Counted from the first letter of the stretch, positions 17,524-28,494 are shown. The stretch: 64,000 nt of DNA from an uncultured Candidatus Binatia bacterium (GCA_965213675.1 OZ243916.1:1696001-1760000); one strand, 5' to 3'. Numbers and translations are program-made. Notes: a model not told the origin generated them from the letters alone.

Positions 17524-20500
17524 ATGGCAGTGACGCCCGTCAACAGCGAGGACTGGCTGGTGCAGGCGACCTTCGCCGAGCATCTCGAAAACGCACTCGG
17601 CTGGGAATCCGTCTACGCCTGGAACGAGGAGACCTTCGGGCCGGACGGCACCCTCGGCCGCTCCGACACAAAGGAAGCGGTCCTGACCCGTGATGTTCGC
17701 GCAGCCCTGGAACGGCTAAATCCCGAGCTTCCGGCTGTCGCCGTCGACAACGCGTTGCGCGACCTGACCGTGTACGACGTCAGCCGTTCGATGGTGCAGC
17801 ACAACCGCGAGTTCTACCGGCTGATCCGCAACGGCGTGCCGGTGGAATACCTGGACGCCCAAGGAGGCCTCAAATCCGCCCGCGCCCGGGTGATCGATTT
17901 CGACAATGCGCCGGGCTCGAACCGCTTCCTTGCGGTGCGTGAGTTGAAGCTCACGGGTGTTCGCACACCCAACTACAATCGCCGGGCCGACTTGGTTTGC
18001 TTCGTTAACGGACTGCCGTTGGTCTTCGTCGAGTTGAAGGCGGTCTACAAGAACATCCGTGAAGGGTTCGACAACAACCTGTCCGACTACATGCACGAGA
18101 ACGTCATCGCGCATGCGTTTCATCACAACGCTTTTCTTGTGGTCTCCAACGGGCACAGGGCGCGCTACGGCTCGATCACCAGCGCATGGGGGCATTTCGC
18201 GGAGTGGAAACGACTCGACGAAACAGACAAGGGGAACCTGGAGGCGCGAGTGCTGCTGAACGGCATGTTGCGGCACGACCGGCTGCTGGACATCGTCGAG
18301 AACTTCATCCTGTTCGACGAGAGCAAGGCCGGGGCGACGCGCAAGGTCATCGCCCGGAACCACCAGGTGCTGGGTGTCAACCGGGCGGTAGAGTCGGTGG
18401 CGCGGCAGGAAGAATTGAAGTGCGAGTTCCCGCCCGGGAAGCGGTTGACGAGTCGCGTCGTGGAGTTGCCGCTCGACTCCCGCGCGCCTGCGAAGGACCC
18501 GCCGGCACAGGTATTGGTTGCGGAGCCAGCGGCGCCTTTCGATCTGCCTTCGCCCTATATCGCCAAGGGGCCGGTGGACATCGTCGAGCGGGCGCGTCCT
18601 GACATCGGCCGCCTCGGCGTCTTCTGGCACACCCAAGGCAGTGGAAAATCCTACTCCATGGCGTTTTTCACCGAGAAGGTGCGGCGGAAGCTGGAGGGCA
18701 ACTTCACGTTCCTGCTCATGACGGACCGGACCGATCTCGACAGCCAGATCTACAAGACCTTCGTGGGCTGCGGCATCGCCGACGACAACACGCCTCGGCC
18801 CGCGACGGGGGACAGCCTCGAACGGCTGCTCAGGGAGAACCACCGCTACATCTTCAGCCTGATTCACAAGTTCAACAAGAACGTGAATCCGGCGCGGCCC
18901 TATAGCGAGCGCGACGACATCATCGTAATCTCGGACGAGGCCCATCGCACGCAAGCGGGGCGGCTGGCGCGCAACATGCGCCTGGCGCTGCCCAACGCAG
19001 CCTTCATCGGTTTCACGGGCACGCCGCTGTTCAAACAGGACCAACTTACGAAGCAGATTTTCGGAGACTACGTCTCCCGCTACGATTTCAAGCGGTCCGA
19101 GGAAGACGGCTCCACCGTCAAGTTGGTGTACGAGAACCGGGGCGAGAAACTGGGCGTGGCGCGGGCCGACCTGAACGACCGCATCGCAACCAAGATCGAA
19201 AAGGCCGATCTCGACCCCGACCAGGAGGCGCTGCTGGAAAAGCTCCTGGGGCAGGACTACGAGGTCATCACCGCGGACGAGCGGCTGGAGAAGATCGCCG
19301 AAGACTTCGTCGAGCACTGCGCCACCCGCTGGCAGTCGGGCAAGTCCATGCTGGTGTGCATCGACAAGATCACCTGTGGGAGGATGCTTCAATTGATTCT
19401 GCCGCGATGGCGGGCCAGGGCGGCGGCGGTGCGAGTGGAGGCCGCGGCCATGCAAGCGGAGGCACGGACCACGGCGGACGACGCACTCCGCGTTCAACTC
19501 GAAGAAGCAACGCGGATGCTCTCGGCCCAGGCCGACTGGCTCGACGAAACCATCGTCGAGATCATCATCAGCGAGGCGCAAAACGAGGTCCAGGACTTTG
19601 CGAAATGGGGCTTCGACATCATCCCCCACCGGGCACGGATGAAGCAGGGCTTCGAGACTTCCGACGGTGGCCGGGTGGATGTCGAGACTGCATTCAAGGA
19701 CCCCGAGCATCCCTTCCGCGTGGCCATCGTGTGCGCCATGTGGCTGACCGGCTTCGACGTGGAATGCTTGTCTACGCTGTACGTGGACAGGCCCATGAAG
19801 GCACATTCGCTGATGCAGGCCATCGCCCGGGCGAACCGGGTGTATCCCGGCAAGGACTTCGGCCTGATCGTGGACTACAACGGCCTGCTCAAGAGCCTGC
19901 GGGAAGCGCTCGCGCAGTACGCCTTGGGCGACGGCCCCGACGGGGAAGGCAACGGCAACGAAGGCGCGGGCGCGGAGGACATCATCACACCCGTGGAGGA
20001 GCGTGTGCAGGCGCTGATCGAAGCCGTGGAGGCCACCGAGGCGCATTTGCGAAGCCTCGGGTTCGACCCCGCGACCCTCGTGGGCGCAACGGGTTTCCAG
20101 CGCATCGCGAGATTCAAGGACGCGGTTGAAGCCGTCTATGACAGCGACGAGGCCAAGCGCCGGTTCGAGATCCTCGCGCGACAGGTGTTCACCCGTTTCA
20201 AGGCCCTGCTGATGGAGCCGTCGGCGTTTGCGTACGCGGAGCGGCGCGACAACATCGAGACCATCTACAAGAAGCTCACGGAACGGCGCGATACCGCAGA
20301 CGTGACAGAGCTTCTGAAAGAACTGCACCGGATCGTCAACCAGGCCATCCGCACGCAGGCGCCGGGGGACGACCAGGCCGAAGGGCTGACTTTCGACCTG
20401 AGCCGGATCGACATGGAGAAGCTGCGTGACGAGTTCGCGAAACAGGTCCGGCACAAAGCGACGGCGCTGCAGGACATCCGCGAGATCATCGAGCGGAAGC

Positions 20501-20985
20501 TCGCGGAAATGCTCACGCGCAACCCCTCACGCATGGACTACCAGCGCCGATACGAGGAGATCGTCGCCGGCTACAACCGGGAGCAAGATCGGGTAACCGT
20601 CGAGGAGACCTTCCGGCAGTTGACCGAACTGATGGAAGAACTGGACGCCGAGCAGAAACGCGCGGTGGAGGAAGGCCTCAACGAGCACGAGCTTGCCCTG
20701 TTCGACCTGATGAAGAAAGACGGTCTCGGTGGGGCTGAACGAGAACGGGTCAAGCGGGCGAGCCGCGAACTGTTTGTAACAATCAAGGAGCGACTGTCCG
20801 AGCTCGACCGGTTCTGGGAGAAGGAACAGACCAAGGCGGATGTCAGGGTGTTCATCCTTGACGAGATCTACTCGCGCCTCCCCAGTCCTACGTTTTCCAC
20901 GGAAGAAAGAGAGACGGTGGCCAAGGAAGTCTACGCCCACGTCTGGCAACAGGCGGTCAGCGGCGAATTCGCGAAGGCGGCGTGA
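17524..20985 (+). CDS. hsdR: Type I restriction endonuclease subunit R
   Basis: RRADLVCFVNGLPLVFVELK nuclease motif, HTQGSGKS Walker A, DEAHR, FTGTP, MWLTGFD, QAIARANR. Confidence 0.95.
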   Translation: MAVTPVNSEDWLVQATFAEHLENALGWESVYAWNEETFGPDGTLGRSDTKEAVLTRDVRAALERLNPELPAVAVDNALRDLTVYDVSRSMVQHNREFYRLIRNGVPVEYLDAQGGLKSARARVIDFDNAPGSNRFLAVRELKLTGVRTPNYNRRADLVCFVNGLPLVFVELKAVYKNIREGFDNNLSDYMHENVIAHAFHHNAFLVVSNGHRARYGSITSAWGHFAEWKRLDETDKGNLEARVLLNGMLRHDRLLDIVENFILFDESKAGATRKVIARNHQVLGVNRAVESVARQEELKCEFPPGKRLTSRVVELPLDSRAPAKDPPAQVLVAEPAAPFDLPSPYIAKGPVDIVERARPDIGRLGVFWHTQGSGKSYSMAFFTEKVRRKLEGNFTFLLMTDRTDLDSQIYKTFVGCGIADDNTPRPATGDSLERLLRENHRYIFSLIHKFNKNVNPARPYSERDDIIVISDEAHRTQAGRLARNMRLALPNAAFIGFTGTPLFKQDQLTKQIFGDYVSRYDFKRSEEDGSTVKLVYENRGEKLGVARADLNDRIATKIEKADLDPDQEALLEKLLGQDYEVITADERLEKIAEDFVEHCATRWQSGKSMLVCIDKITCGRMLQLILPRWRARAAAVRVEAAAMQAEARTTADDALRVQLEEATRMLSAQADWLDETIVEIIISEAQNEVQDFAKWGFDIIPHRARMKQGFETSDGGRVDVETAFKDPEHPFRVAIVCAMWLTGFDVECLSTLYVDRPMKAHSLMQAIARANRVYPGKDFGLIVDYNGLLKSLREALAQYALGDGPDGEGNGNEGAGAEDIITPVEERVQALIEAVEATEAHLRSLGFDPATLVGATGFQRIARFKDAVEAVYDSDEAKRRFEILARQVFTRFKALLMEPSAFAYAERRDNIETIYKKLTERRDTADVTELLKELHRIVNQAIRTQAPGDDQAEGLTFDLSRIDMEKLRDEFAKQVRHKATALQDIREIIERKLAEMLTRNPSRMDYQRRYEEIVAGYNREQDRVTVEETFRQLTELMEELDAEQKRAVEEGLNEHELALFDLMKKDGLGGAERERVKRASRELFVTIKERLSELDRFWEKEQTKADVRVFILDEIYSRLPSPTFSTEERETVAKEVYAHVWQQAVSGEFAKAA

Positions 20986-21198
20986 CGAAACGGGCGATGA
21001 TTCGGCGGACAATGACGGAGCCATGCGTTATCGCGGCGTTTCAGGATGGCACGGCAATCGAGAGAGGCCATCGCACGGCAGAGCCAACTCCCGTGGGACT
21101 GTGGGACGACGCGCTGGACAGGCGCCCTTCGTTTCGCGTATCACCGTGGTTTGCGAATCGCCGGGACAATGCATTCATGTGCGCTCAAAGGAGCATCC

Positions 21199-22074
21199 AT
21201 GGCTGGAACGAACAAGCATGAGAAGAAGCTGAAGGATCCGGTCCGTAACGCCGCCGCCACAGTCGCGCATCGGCCGGATGGAAAGAAGAACGAGAAGAAA
21301 ATCGACACCAGACATTACGAAAAAGAGCTTCTCAAACTCCAGATCGAGCTCGTATCCATGCTCGAATGGATCAAGCAGAAGGGACTGAAGGTAGTGGTCC
21401 TCTTCGAGGGTCGCGATGCGGCGGGCAAGGGCGGGGTCATCAAGCGCATCACCCAGCATCTCAGCCCGCGAATCTGCCGCGTGGTTGCGTTGCCGGCGCC
21501 CACCGAGCGCGAGCAGACCCAATGGTACTTTCAACGTTACGTGCCGCACCTGCCGGCCGCCGGGGAGATGGTGCTGTTCGATCGGAGTTGGTACAACCGG
21601 GCGGGCGTTGAGCGGGTCATGGGATTTTGCACCCACGAGGAGTACCAGGAGTTCCTGCGTAGCTGCCCGGAGTTCGAGCGCATGCTGGTACGCTCCGGTA
21701 TCATGTTGGTCAAATACTGGTTCTCGATTTCCGACGAAGAACAGGAGCGGCGCTTCCATAGCCGGCTCAAGCTCAGGCACAAACGCTGGAAGCTGAGCCC
21801 CATGGACCTGGAATCCCGGCGGCGCTGGGTAGACTATTCAAGAGCGAAGGACGAGATGTTCGCCCACACCGACATCAAGCAGGCGCCGTGGTACGTCGTG
21901 GAAGCGGACGTGAAAAAGCATGCCCGGCTGAACTGCATCAGCCACCTGCTCAGCCTGATCCCTTATCATGACCTGACACCCGAACCGATCAAGCTGCCGA
22001 AACGCGCGGATGCCGGCGCGTACGTCCGCCCACCCATCACGGACCAGACTTTCGTTCCGCCCGTATATCCCTGA
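21199..22074 (+). CDS. ppk2: Polyphosphate kinase 2
   Basis: FEGRDAAGKGG, QWYFQRY, FDRSWYNRAGVERVMGF, WKLSPMD; ATG after AAGGAG. Confidence 0.95.
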   Translation: MAGTNKHEKKLKDPVRNAAATVAHRPDGKKNEKKIDTRHYEKELLKLQIELVSMLEWIKQKGLKVVVLFEGRDAAGKGGVIKRITQHLSPRICRVVALPAPTEREQTQWYFQRYVPHLPAAGEMVLFDRSWYNRAGVERVMGFCTHEEYQEFLRSCPEFERMLVRSGIMLVKYWFSISDEEQERRFHSRLKLRHKRWKLSPMDLESRRRWVDYSRAKDEMFAHTDIKQAPWYVVEADVKKHARLNCISHLLSLIPYHDLTPEPIKLPKRADAGAYVRPPITDQTFVPPVYP

Positions 22075-22206
22075 AAGCAGAAAACCGTCTTCAGCGCGTT
22101 CCCTTCCTGGCGTCCGGATCTCGGAGGGCGGCCGTCTTCAATCGCATTTTCCAGCTCGTGGAATGACCGTATCCAGACAGGATCCATGCAGGAAGCGCGA
22201 ATCGCG

Positions 22207-23241
22207 TCAAAACGCCGGGGCCACATGACGGCTGAAGCGCTCCATGGAGGCCAGGACCTTGTCCTGGGTGAGGCCGCCGAAGTGGAAGCAGAGGCCGATG
22301 TGGGTGGGGCCCACCACGTCGATAATGCTCTGGAGGTGCGCGATGCAGGTGTCGGGTCCGCCGAAGACGCCGCGGTTGTCCTGCACCATGGCGTCGTAGG
22401 CCAGGCGCGCGTAGATCTTGTCCAACATGGGCACCCGGGCGGGGTCGAGGCGCACCTCGTCAAGGGCAAACTCGCGCCAGCGATGCCAGGCGTCCTCCAC
22501 CTCGGCGCGGGCGCGGTCGTCGTCCCCGCCCACGTAGATCGGGTACATGACGAAGACGTCGTGGTCCCGCTCGGAGAATCCCGCTTGCCGGAGGCTTTCG
22601 AGATAGACCTCGATGCGCGGGCGCTGCTCGGCGTTGCTACCGATCCACGGCAGGGTCATCAGGTGGTAGCCATTGCGGCCGATCATGCGGAAGTTGTCCA
22701 GATCGCGGTTGGCGGGGACGTAGACCGGCGGGTGGGGATGCTGGCGCGGCTTGGGGCGCACGGTCATGCCGTGGTAGCTGAAATACTCCCCGTCCCACTC
22801 CACCGTGTCCTCGGTCCACGCCATGCGGATGATGTCGAGCGCCTCCACCAACCGGGGCTGGGCCGTGGGCCAATCCCAACCATACACCTCGTACTCATGG
22901 GGGCTCATGCCCCGGCCGGCGCCAAACAGCACCCGCCCCTCGGAGAGGACGTCGAGCATGGCGTAGTCTTCGGCGATCTGCAGCGGATGGTGCATGGGCA
23001 CCAGCGACACCGCCGAACCGAGCTGAATGCGGCGGGTGCGCTGGGAGGCGGCGGACAGCAACATCTGCGGGCTGGGCATCATGCCGCCGAACAGGCGGAA
23101 ATGGTGCTCGGTGACCCACAGGCTGTGGAAACCCAGGTTCTCCGCGGCGTCGATCTGCTCCAGCCAGCGGGCATAGAGCTCGCGCGAGTCGCCGTCCAAC
23201 TCGGGAACGTAGGTATTGAGGAGGTAGTATCCGAACTTCAT
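22207..23241 (-). CDS. LLM-class flavin-dependent oxidoreductase (luciferase-like)
   Basis: WVTEHHF, HPLQIAEDYAMLDVLSEGR, PKPRQHPHPP. Confidence 0.9.
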   Translation of the reverse strand: MKFGYYLLNTYVPELDGDSRELYARWLEQIDAAENLGFHSLWVTEHHFRLFGGMMPSPQMLLSAASQRTRRIQLGSAVSLVPMHHPLQIAEDYAMLDVLSEGRVLFGAGRGMSPHEYEVYGWDWPTAQPRLVEALDIIRMAWTEDTVEWDGEYFSYHGMTVRPKPRQHPHPPVYVPANRDLDNFRMIGRNGYHLMTLPWIGSNAEQRPRIEVYLESLRQAGFSERDHDVFVMYPIYVGGDDDRARAEVEDAWHRWREFALDEVRLDPARVPMLDKIYARLAYDAMVQDNRGVFGGPDTCIAHLQSIIDVVGPTHIGLCFHFGGLTQDKVLASMERFSRHVAPAF

Positions 23242-23342
23242 GGCCGTCCCTTGCGTTCCGTGGAATGGTCTCCCTGCGACGTCGCTCGGCTACGCCTCGC
23301 TATGCTCACGACGAACGGTCTGATGGCGGCAACGGTCACTCC

Positions 23343-24566
23343 CTACCCCAACCGTTGCCGCAACGCGCCCAGGTCGGGGGCGATGGGTTCGACGTCGCTG
23401 TCCGGGGCCGCGACACTGCCGACCTGCTTCAACCCGTGGCCGGTGACGTTGCACACCACCATGTCGTCCGCACCGATGACGCTCTCATTCCGAAGACGGA
23501 TGGCGGCGGCGACGGATGTGGCCGCCGCGGGCTCGGCGAAAATGCCGGTCATGCGCGCCAGCAAACCCTGGGCCTCGAGGATCTCCTCGTCCGACAACGC
23601 CACGCCGGCGCCGCCGCTGGCGCGCACGGCGCGCAGCGCCCGCAGTCCCAGCGCGCGCGGGTTGCCTACCTGGATGCTCTCGGCCACCGTGGTCCCCGCG
23701 CTCACGGGCTCCACGGTGGCGGCGCCGCTTTGCCACGCGGCGACGATGGGCGCGGCGGCCGTGCTCTGGGCCGCCACCAGTCGGGGGAAGCGGTGCGCCC
23801 AGCCGAGGCCGTGCAGTTCCTGGTAGCCCTTCCACAGGGCCGCGAGGCCCGCGCCTCCGGCGGTGGGGTGAATGATCCAGTGCGGCACGTGCTCGTCCAA
23901 CTGGTCGAACAGCTCGAAGGCGTAGGACTTCTTGCCCTCGTTGCGGTACGGGTTCGTGGACAGGCAGTCGTACCAGCCGAATTCCTTGACCGCCGCGCGA
24001 TAAAAGGCGCCCATGCCGTCGAGGTCCGTGTCCACCGTGACCACCGTGGCGCCGCAGACGCGCGCCTGAACCACCTTGGCCGCGTCCGTGCCCGCCGGCA
24101 CCATGACCACGCTGCGCAGCCCAGCCGCCGCGGCGTAGGCGGCCACCGAAGCCGCGGCATTGCCGGTGGACGGCACCGCCACGGTATCGAACCCCAGTTC
24201 GACGGCGCGGGAAATGCCCACGCTGTTGCTGCGATCCTTGAGGGAGCCCGTGGGCAGCAGCGTATCGTTCTTGACGTAGAGTCGCTCCATCCCCAAGTGC
24301 TCACCCAGCCTGCGGCAACGGGTGACCGGGGTGTAGCCCTCGCCCAGGGACACCACCGAACTGCGGTGCTTCACCGGGAAGAAATCGAACCAGCGCCACA
24401 GACTCTTGTCCGCGCTGGCGCGGATGACGCGCACGTCCGAACGAGTCAGGTGCCCGAGGTCCACGTGCGCCTCCAGCACGGCATCACACGCGCCGCACGC
24501 GAAGGTGTCGTCGGTCACCGCCTCCCAGCCGCACTGCGGACAGCGCAATGCCGCGATCCTACCCAT
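23343..24566 (-). CDS. Threonine synthase-like PLP enzyme
   Basis: SLGEGYTP, PTGSLKDR (PLP Lys), STGNAAAS, EGKKS, GIFAEPAAA, VTGHGLK. Confidence 0.8.
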   Translation of the reverse strand: MGRIAALRCPQCGWEAVTDDTFACGACDAVLEAHVDLGHLTRSDVRVIRASADKSLWRWFDFFPVKHRSSVVSLGEGYTPVTRCRRLGEHLGMERLYVKNDTLLPTGSLKDRSNSVGISRAVELGFDTVAVPSTGNAAASVAAYAAAAGLRSVVMVPAGTDAAKVVQARVCGATVVTVDTDLDGMGAFYRAAVKEFGWYDCLSTNPYRNEGKKSYAFELFDQLDEHVPHWIIHPTAGGAGLAALWKGYQELHGLGWAHRFPRLVAAQSTAAAPIVAAWQSGAATVEPVSAGTTVAESIQVGNPRALGLRALRAVRASGGAGVALSDEEILEAQGLLARMTGIFAEPAAATSVAAAIRLRNESVIGADDMVVCNVTGHGLKQVGSVAAPDSDVEPIAPDLGALRQRLG

Positions 24567-24573
24567 GATCCCC

Positions 24574-27468
24574 TCAGGCCCCCGCTTCCCGGGCGTCTTC
24601 CCACAGCACCTCCACCGGATGAAGCGCCCGGCGCCCGGCGAGATGTTCGATCTGCTGCCGGCAGGAGATGCCCGAGGCCACGACCCGCATGTCCTCCGCG
24701 GCGGACTCCACCGCCGGCACCAGGCGCCGGTTGGCGATGGTGACGGACACGTCGTAGTGCTCCTTTTCGAAGCCGAAGGAACCGGCCATGCCGCAGCAGC
24801 CGGAGTCCACCTCGCGCACCTCGTGCCCGGCGTCGCGCAGCACCGATACGGTGGGCGCCATGCCCACCAGCGCCTTCTGGTGGCAATGGCCGTGCAGCAG
24901 CACCGGCGGCCTGGGTGACGCGCCGTTCTTCCACGCGCCAGCGACGCCGTCGCGCGCAAGCAGTTCCTCGATGAGCAGCGTCCGGTCCGCCACCAGACGC
25001 GACGGCTCGTTGCGCAGCAGGTCGGGATATTCGTCCCGCAACGTCAGGATGCAGGACGGCTCCAGGCCCACCACGCGCACTCCCTGCTCCACGTGGGGCA
25101 ACAGCCGGGCGACGTTCCAGGCGGCGTTGTCCCGGGCTTCCTGCAACATGCCCTTGGAGATCATCGGCCGGCCGCAGCAGCGCCGGGGCACGGTCAACAC
25201 GCGATAGTCCAGATGTTCCAGCAGGCGCGTGGCCGCCACTGCCACGTCGGGGGTGTTGTAGGTGTTGAAGGTGTCGTGGAACAGGATCACCGAGCCGCGG
25301 GAACCGTTGCCGGCCGTGGCGTGCCTCTTCCACCAGTCCTCGAAGTTGTGGCGCGCGAAGCTCGGCAGCGGGCGCCGGCGGTCGATGCCCAGGAGGCGGT
25401 CCAGGAGCCAGCGGCTCACCGGATTGGCGTTGGCCCGGTTGGCCACGGGCGCGAGCAGCGATCCCCAACGGCTCAGGGAGCCGATGCGGCCGAACAGGCG
25501 ATTGCGCAGCGAGACCCCGTGGACCTGCTGGTAATGGTGCAGGAACTCGTATTTGAGCTTGGCCATGTCCACGTTGGACGGGCATTCGGCCTTGCACCCC
25601 TTGCATTCGAGGCAGAGGTCCAGCACGTCGTGGAGTCCTTCGCCGGTGAACTCCGAACGCGGCACCTTCCCCGACAGCACCGCGCGAAAGGCGGTGGCGC
25701 GCCCGCGCGTCGAGTGTTTCTCCTCCAGCGTGGCCATGTAGGACGGGCACATGGTGCCGCCCAGGGTCTTGCGGCACGCGCCCGTGCCGTTGCACATCTC
25801 CACCGCGGCCACCAAGCCCCCCTGATCGCTGAAGTCCAGCATGGTCTGGGGTTGCCAGGTCTTGTAGGAGGTGCCGTAGCGGAGCGAGTCGGTCATGGCC
25901 GGGGCATCCACGATCTTGCCGGGATTGAGCAGATTGTGCGGGTCGAACAGCCGTTTGACCTTGCGGAACTCCTGATACAGCTCGGGACCGAACAGCTTCT
26001 CGTTCAGGTGGCTGCGCGCCAGACCGTCGCCGTGCTCGCCGGACATGGCGCCGCCGAACTCCATCACCAGGTCCGAGATCTCGCGCGAGATCCGCGTCAT
26101 CTTGTCGACCTCGCCCGCCTCCTTGAGGTTGATGAACGGGCGGATGTGCATGCACCCCACCGAGCAGTGGCCGTAGTAGCCGGCGCGCACGCCGTGGCCG
26201 CCGAGGATCTCGCGAAAGCGCTTGATGAATTCCGGCAGCTTCACCGGGTCCACCGCCGTGTCCTCGACAAAGGCGATGGGCTTCTTCTCGCCCTTGACGC
26301 CCAGAAGGAGCCCCAGGCCGGCCTTGCGCACGCCCCAGATCCGGTTCACCTCGGCCGGCTCGTACGCCAGCGAGGCCGCATAACCCATGCCCTCGCGCTT
26401 TCGCAGCGCCTCCAGCCGGTCCACCTTGTCGCGCACTTCCTCGGCGCTGTCCCCGTCGTACTCCACCATGAGGATGGCGTCGGGGTCGCCCTGCACGAAT
26501 CCCAGCCGCTTGGACTGCTCGATGTTGTTGCGCGCCAGTTCCAGGATGGGCTTGTCGGTCAGCTCCGTGGCGTAGGGATTGGTGGCGAGGATCGTTTCCG
26601 ACACGGCCAGGGCGTCCTGGATATCGTGGAAGTGGAGCACGTCCAGCGCGGTGAACCTGGGTTTGGGAACGAGACGCATCTTCGCTTCCACCACGCACGC
26701 CAGGGTCCCCTCGGAGCCCACGATGAGTCGCGCGAGGTTGAAGGGCTGGTCCTTGGTGAACTCGTCCAGATTGTAGCCCGAGACCCGGCGCATGAGCTTG
26801 GGATAGCGCTCGGCGATGAGCGCGCGGGCGGAGTCCACCAGCGGCGGCAGGTCGCGGTAGATGCGGCTCTCCAGACTCTTGCCCGCCTGCCGGGAGGCCA
26901 TGACGTCGGGCGGCAGATCACGCAGCACCACCTCGCTGCCGTCCGCCAGGAGCACGGTCAACTCCAGCACGTGATCCAGGGTCTTGCCGTAAACGATGGA
27001 GTGGGCGCCGGCGGAGTTGTTGCCGATCATGCCGCCGATGGTAGCCCGGTTCGACGTGGACGTGTCCGGGCCGAACAGCATTCCCATGGGCGCCACGTGG
27101 GAGTTCAGGGCGTCCTGCACAAGCCCCGGCTGAACCCGGCACCACAGTTCCTCCGGATTCACCTCCAGCACCTGGTTCATGTATTTGGAGAAGTCCATGA
27201 CGATGGCGTGGCCCACCGTCTGGCCCGCCAGCGAGGTGCCGCCGCCGCGGGCGAGCACCGGAACCCGGTGTCTGTTGGCCACCTCGATGACGGCCTGGAC
27301 ATCCCCCTTGTGGCGCGGAACCACCACGCCCACGGGCTCGATCTGATAGATGGAGGCGTCCGTCGCGTAGAGCAACCGGGAGTAGTGGTCGAACCGCACC
27401 TCCCCCTCCACGCGCTTGCGGAGCTCGGCCTCGGTCTCCCGGTAATCCTGCATACCTTCACGCGCCAT
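24574..27468 (-). CDS. FAD-binding and Fe-S/CCG domain oxidoreductase (GlcD/GlcF-like fusion)
   Basis: RGGGTSLAGQ, GSEGTL, SGEHGDG, CNGTGAC, CLECKGCKAECP, CCGRP, HGHCHQ, CCGMAGSFG. Confidence 0.9.
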   Translation of the reverse strand: MAREGMQDYRETEAELRKRVEGEVRFDHYSRLLYATDASIYQIEPVGVVVPRHKGDVQAVIEVANRHRVPVLARGGGTSLAGQTVGHAIVMDFSKYMNQVLEVNPEELWCRVQPGLVQDALNSHVAPMGMLFGPDTSTSNRATIGGMIGNNSAGAHSIVYGKTLDHVLELTVLLADGSEVVLRDLPPDVMASRQAGKSLESRIYRDLPPLVDSARALIAERYPKLMRRVSGYNLDEFTKDQPFNLARLIVGSEGTLACVVEAKMRLVPKPRFTALDVLHFHDIQDALAVSETILATNPYATELTDKPILELARNNIEQSKRLGFVQGDPDAILMVEYDGDSAEEVRDKVDRLEALRKREGMGYAASLAYEPAEVNRIWGVRKAGLGLLLGVKGEKKPIAFVEDTAVDPVKLPEFIKRFREILGGHGVRAGYYGHCSVGCMHIRPFINLKEAGEVDKMTRISREISDLVMEFGGAMSGEHGDGLARSHLNEKLFGPELYQEFRKVKRLFDPHNLLNPGKIVDAPAMTDSLRYGTSYKTWQPQTMLDFSDQGGLVAAVEMCNGTGACRKTLGGTMCPSYMATLEEKHSTRGRATAFRAVLSGKVPRSEFTGEGLHDVLDLCLECKGCKAECPSNVDMAKLKYEFLHHYQQVHGVSLRNRLFGRIGSLSRWGSLLAPVANRANANPVSRWLLDRLLGIDRRRPLPSFARHNFEDWWKRHATAGNGSRGSVILFHDTFNTYNTPDVAVAATRLLEHLDYRVLTVPRRCCGRPMISKGMLQEARDNAAWNVARLLPHVEQGVRVVGLEPSCILTLRDEYPDLLRNEPSRLVADRTLLIEELLARDGVAGAWKNGASPRPPVLLHGHCHQKALVGMAPTVSVLRDAGHEVREVDSGCCGMAGSFGFEKEHYDVSVTIANRRLVPAVESAAEDMRVVASGISCRQQIEHLAGRRALHPVEVLWEDAREAGA

Positions 27469-27743
27469 GGGGAATGCTCCTCGTAGCCATCCGGTCTTGA
27501 CGTACCGGCCCTGCGACGGCGGTTCCGGGGGCATTCAGGATTCTTCCCTTCAAGTCCCGTTCGTCACCGTCCCGGGCGCTCCTTCCGTATACCGCATGCG
27601 TTTCCAATGCTGAAGCGGGCGCGAGCACGCCCCGAAACGACCCGCGCCTGGCGGGTGTCGACCGTGCGTTGATGGAGACGGGCACCCGCGCCGGCGCTAC
27701 CCATGCCGGACGGCGCCACTGACACCGCCGGTCTCAAGCCGGG

Positions 27744-28448
27744 TCAAGCCCGTACAGGTGTGTCGTCCAGCAAAGTCCGGGCCGTTCGGAAGACACTGTG
27801 GAACATGGAGGCGGTCAGCCGGCCGGTGAAGGTGTTCTGCTGGCTGGGGTGGTAGGAACCCAGCAACGTGACGCCGTTGTCGAGATCCTGACGGCTTCCG
27901 TGGCCGAAGCGCGGACGCGGGCGTGGGAGCGTCCCGCCCTGCTCAACCACTGCCTTGAGATAGGCGTCGAAGGCGATCTTGCCCAGCGCGATGACCACGC
28001 GCAGGCGTGGGAACAGGCGAAGCTCGCGCACCAGGTAGCCGCGGCAGTTGTCGAATTCATCCCGCGCGGGCTTGTTGGCGGGGGGCGCGCAACGGACGGC
28101 CGCGGAGATGTAGCAGTCGGCGAGTTCCAGGCCGTCGTCGCGGTCCACAGACTCGGCCTGATTGGCAAAGCCGTGCTCGAAGAGCGCGCCGTACAGCCAG
28201 TCGCCGCTGCGGTCGCCAGTGAACATGCGCCCGGTGCGGTTGCCGCCGTGGGCGGCCGGCGCCAAACCCACCACAAGAAGCCGCGCGCCGGGATCGCCGA
28301 AAGCCGGCAGGGGCCGTCCCCAATACGCGAGCCCGCGGTACCGGCGCGGCGGATTGGCCGCGGCCTCGGCCCGCCAGGCTACCAACCGGGGGCACTTCCG
28401 GCACCGGATGACCGCCCGGTTGATCCGTTGGAGTGAATCGGTAGGCAT
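27744..28448 (-). CDS. Uracil-DNA glycosylase, family 5 (UdgB-like)
   Basis: CRKCPRL, GLAPAAHGGNRTGRMFTGDRSG, RCAPPANKP, SYHPSQQNT. Confidence 0.92.
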   Translation of the reverse strand: MPTDSLQRINRAVIRCRKCPRLVAWRAEAAANPPRRYRGLAYWGRPLPAFGDPGARLLVVGLAPAAHGGNRTGRMFTGDRSGDWLYGALFEHGFANQAESVDRDDGLELADCYISAAVRCAPPANKPARDEFDNCRGYLVRELRLFPRLRVVIALGKIAFDAYLKAVVEQGGTLPRPRPRFGHGSRQDLDNGVTLLGSYHPSQQNTFTGRLTASMFHSVFRTARTLLDDTPVRA

Positions 28449-28494
28449 GCACCGAGGAAATAGCGCATGCGACCGCAACGCACCACCCGCCCCA

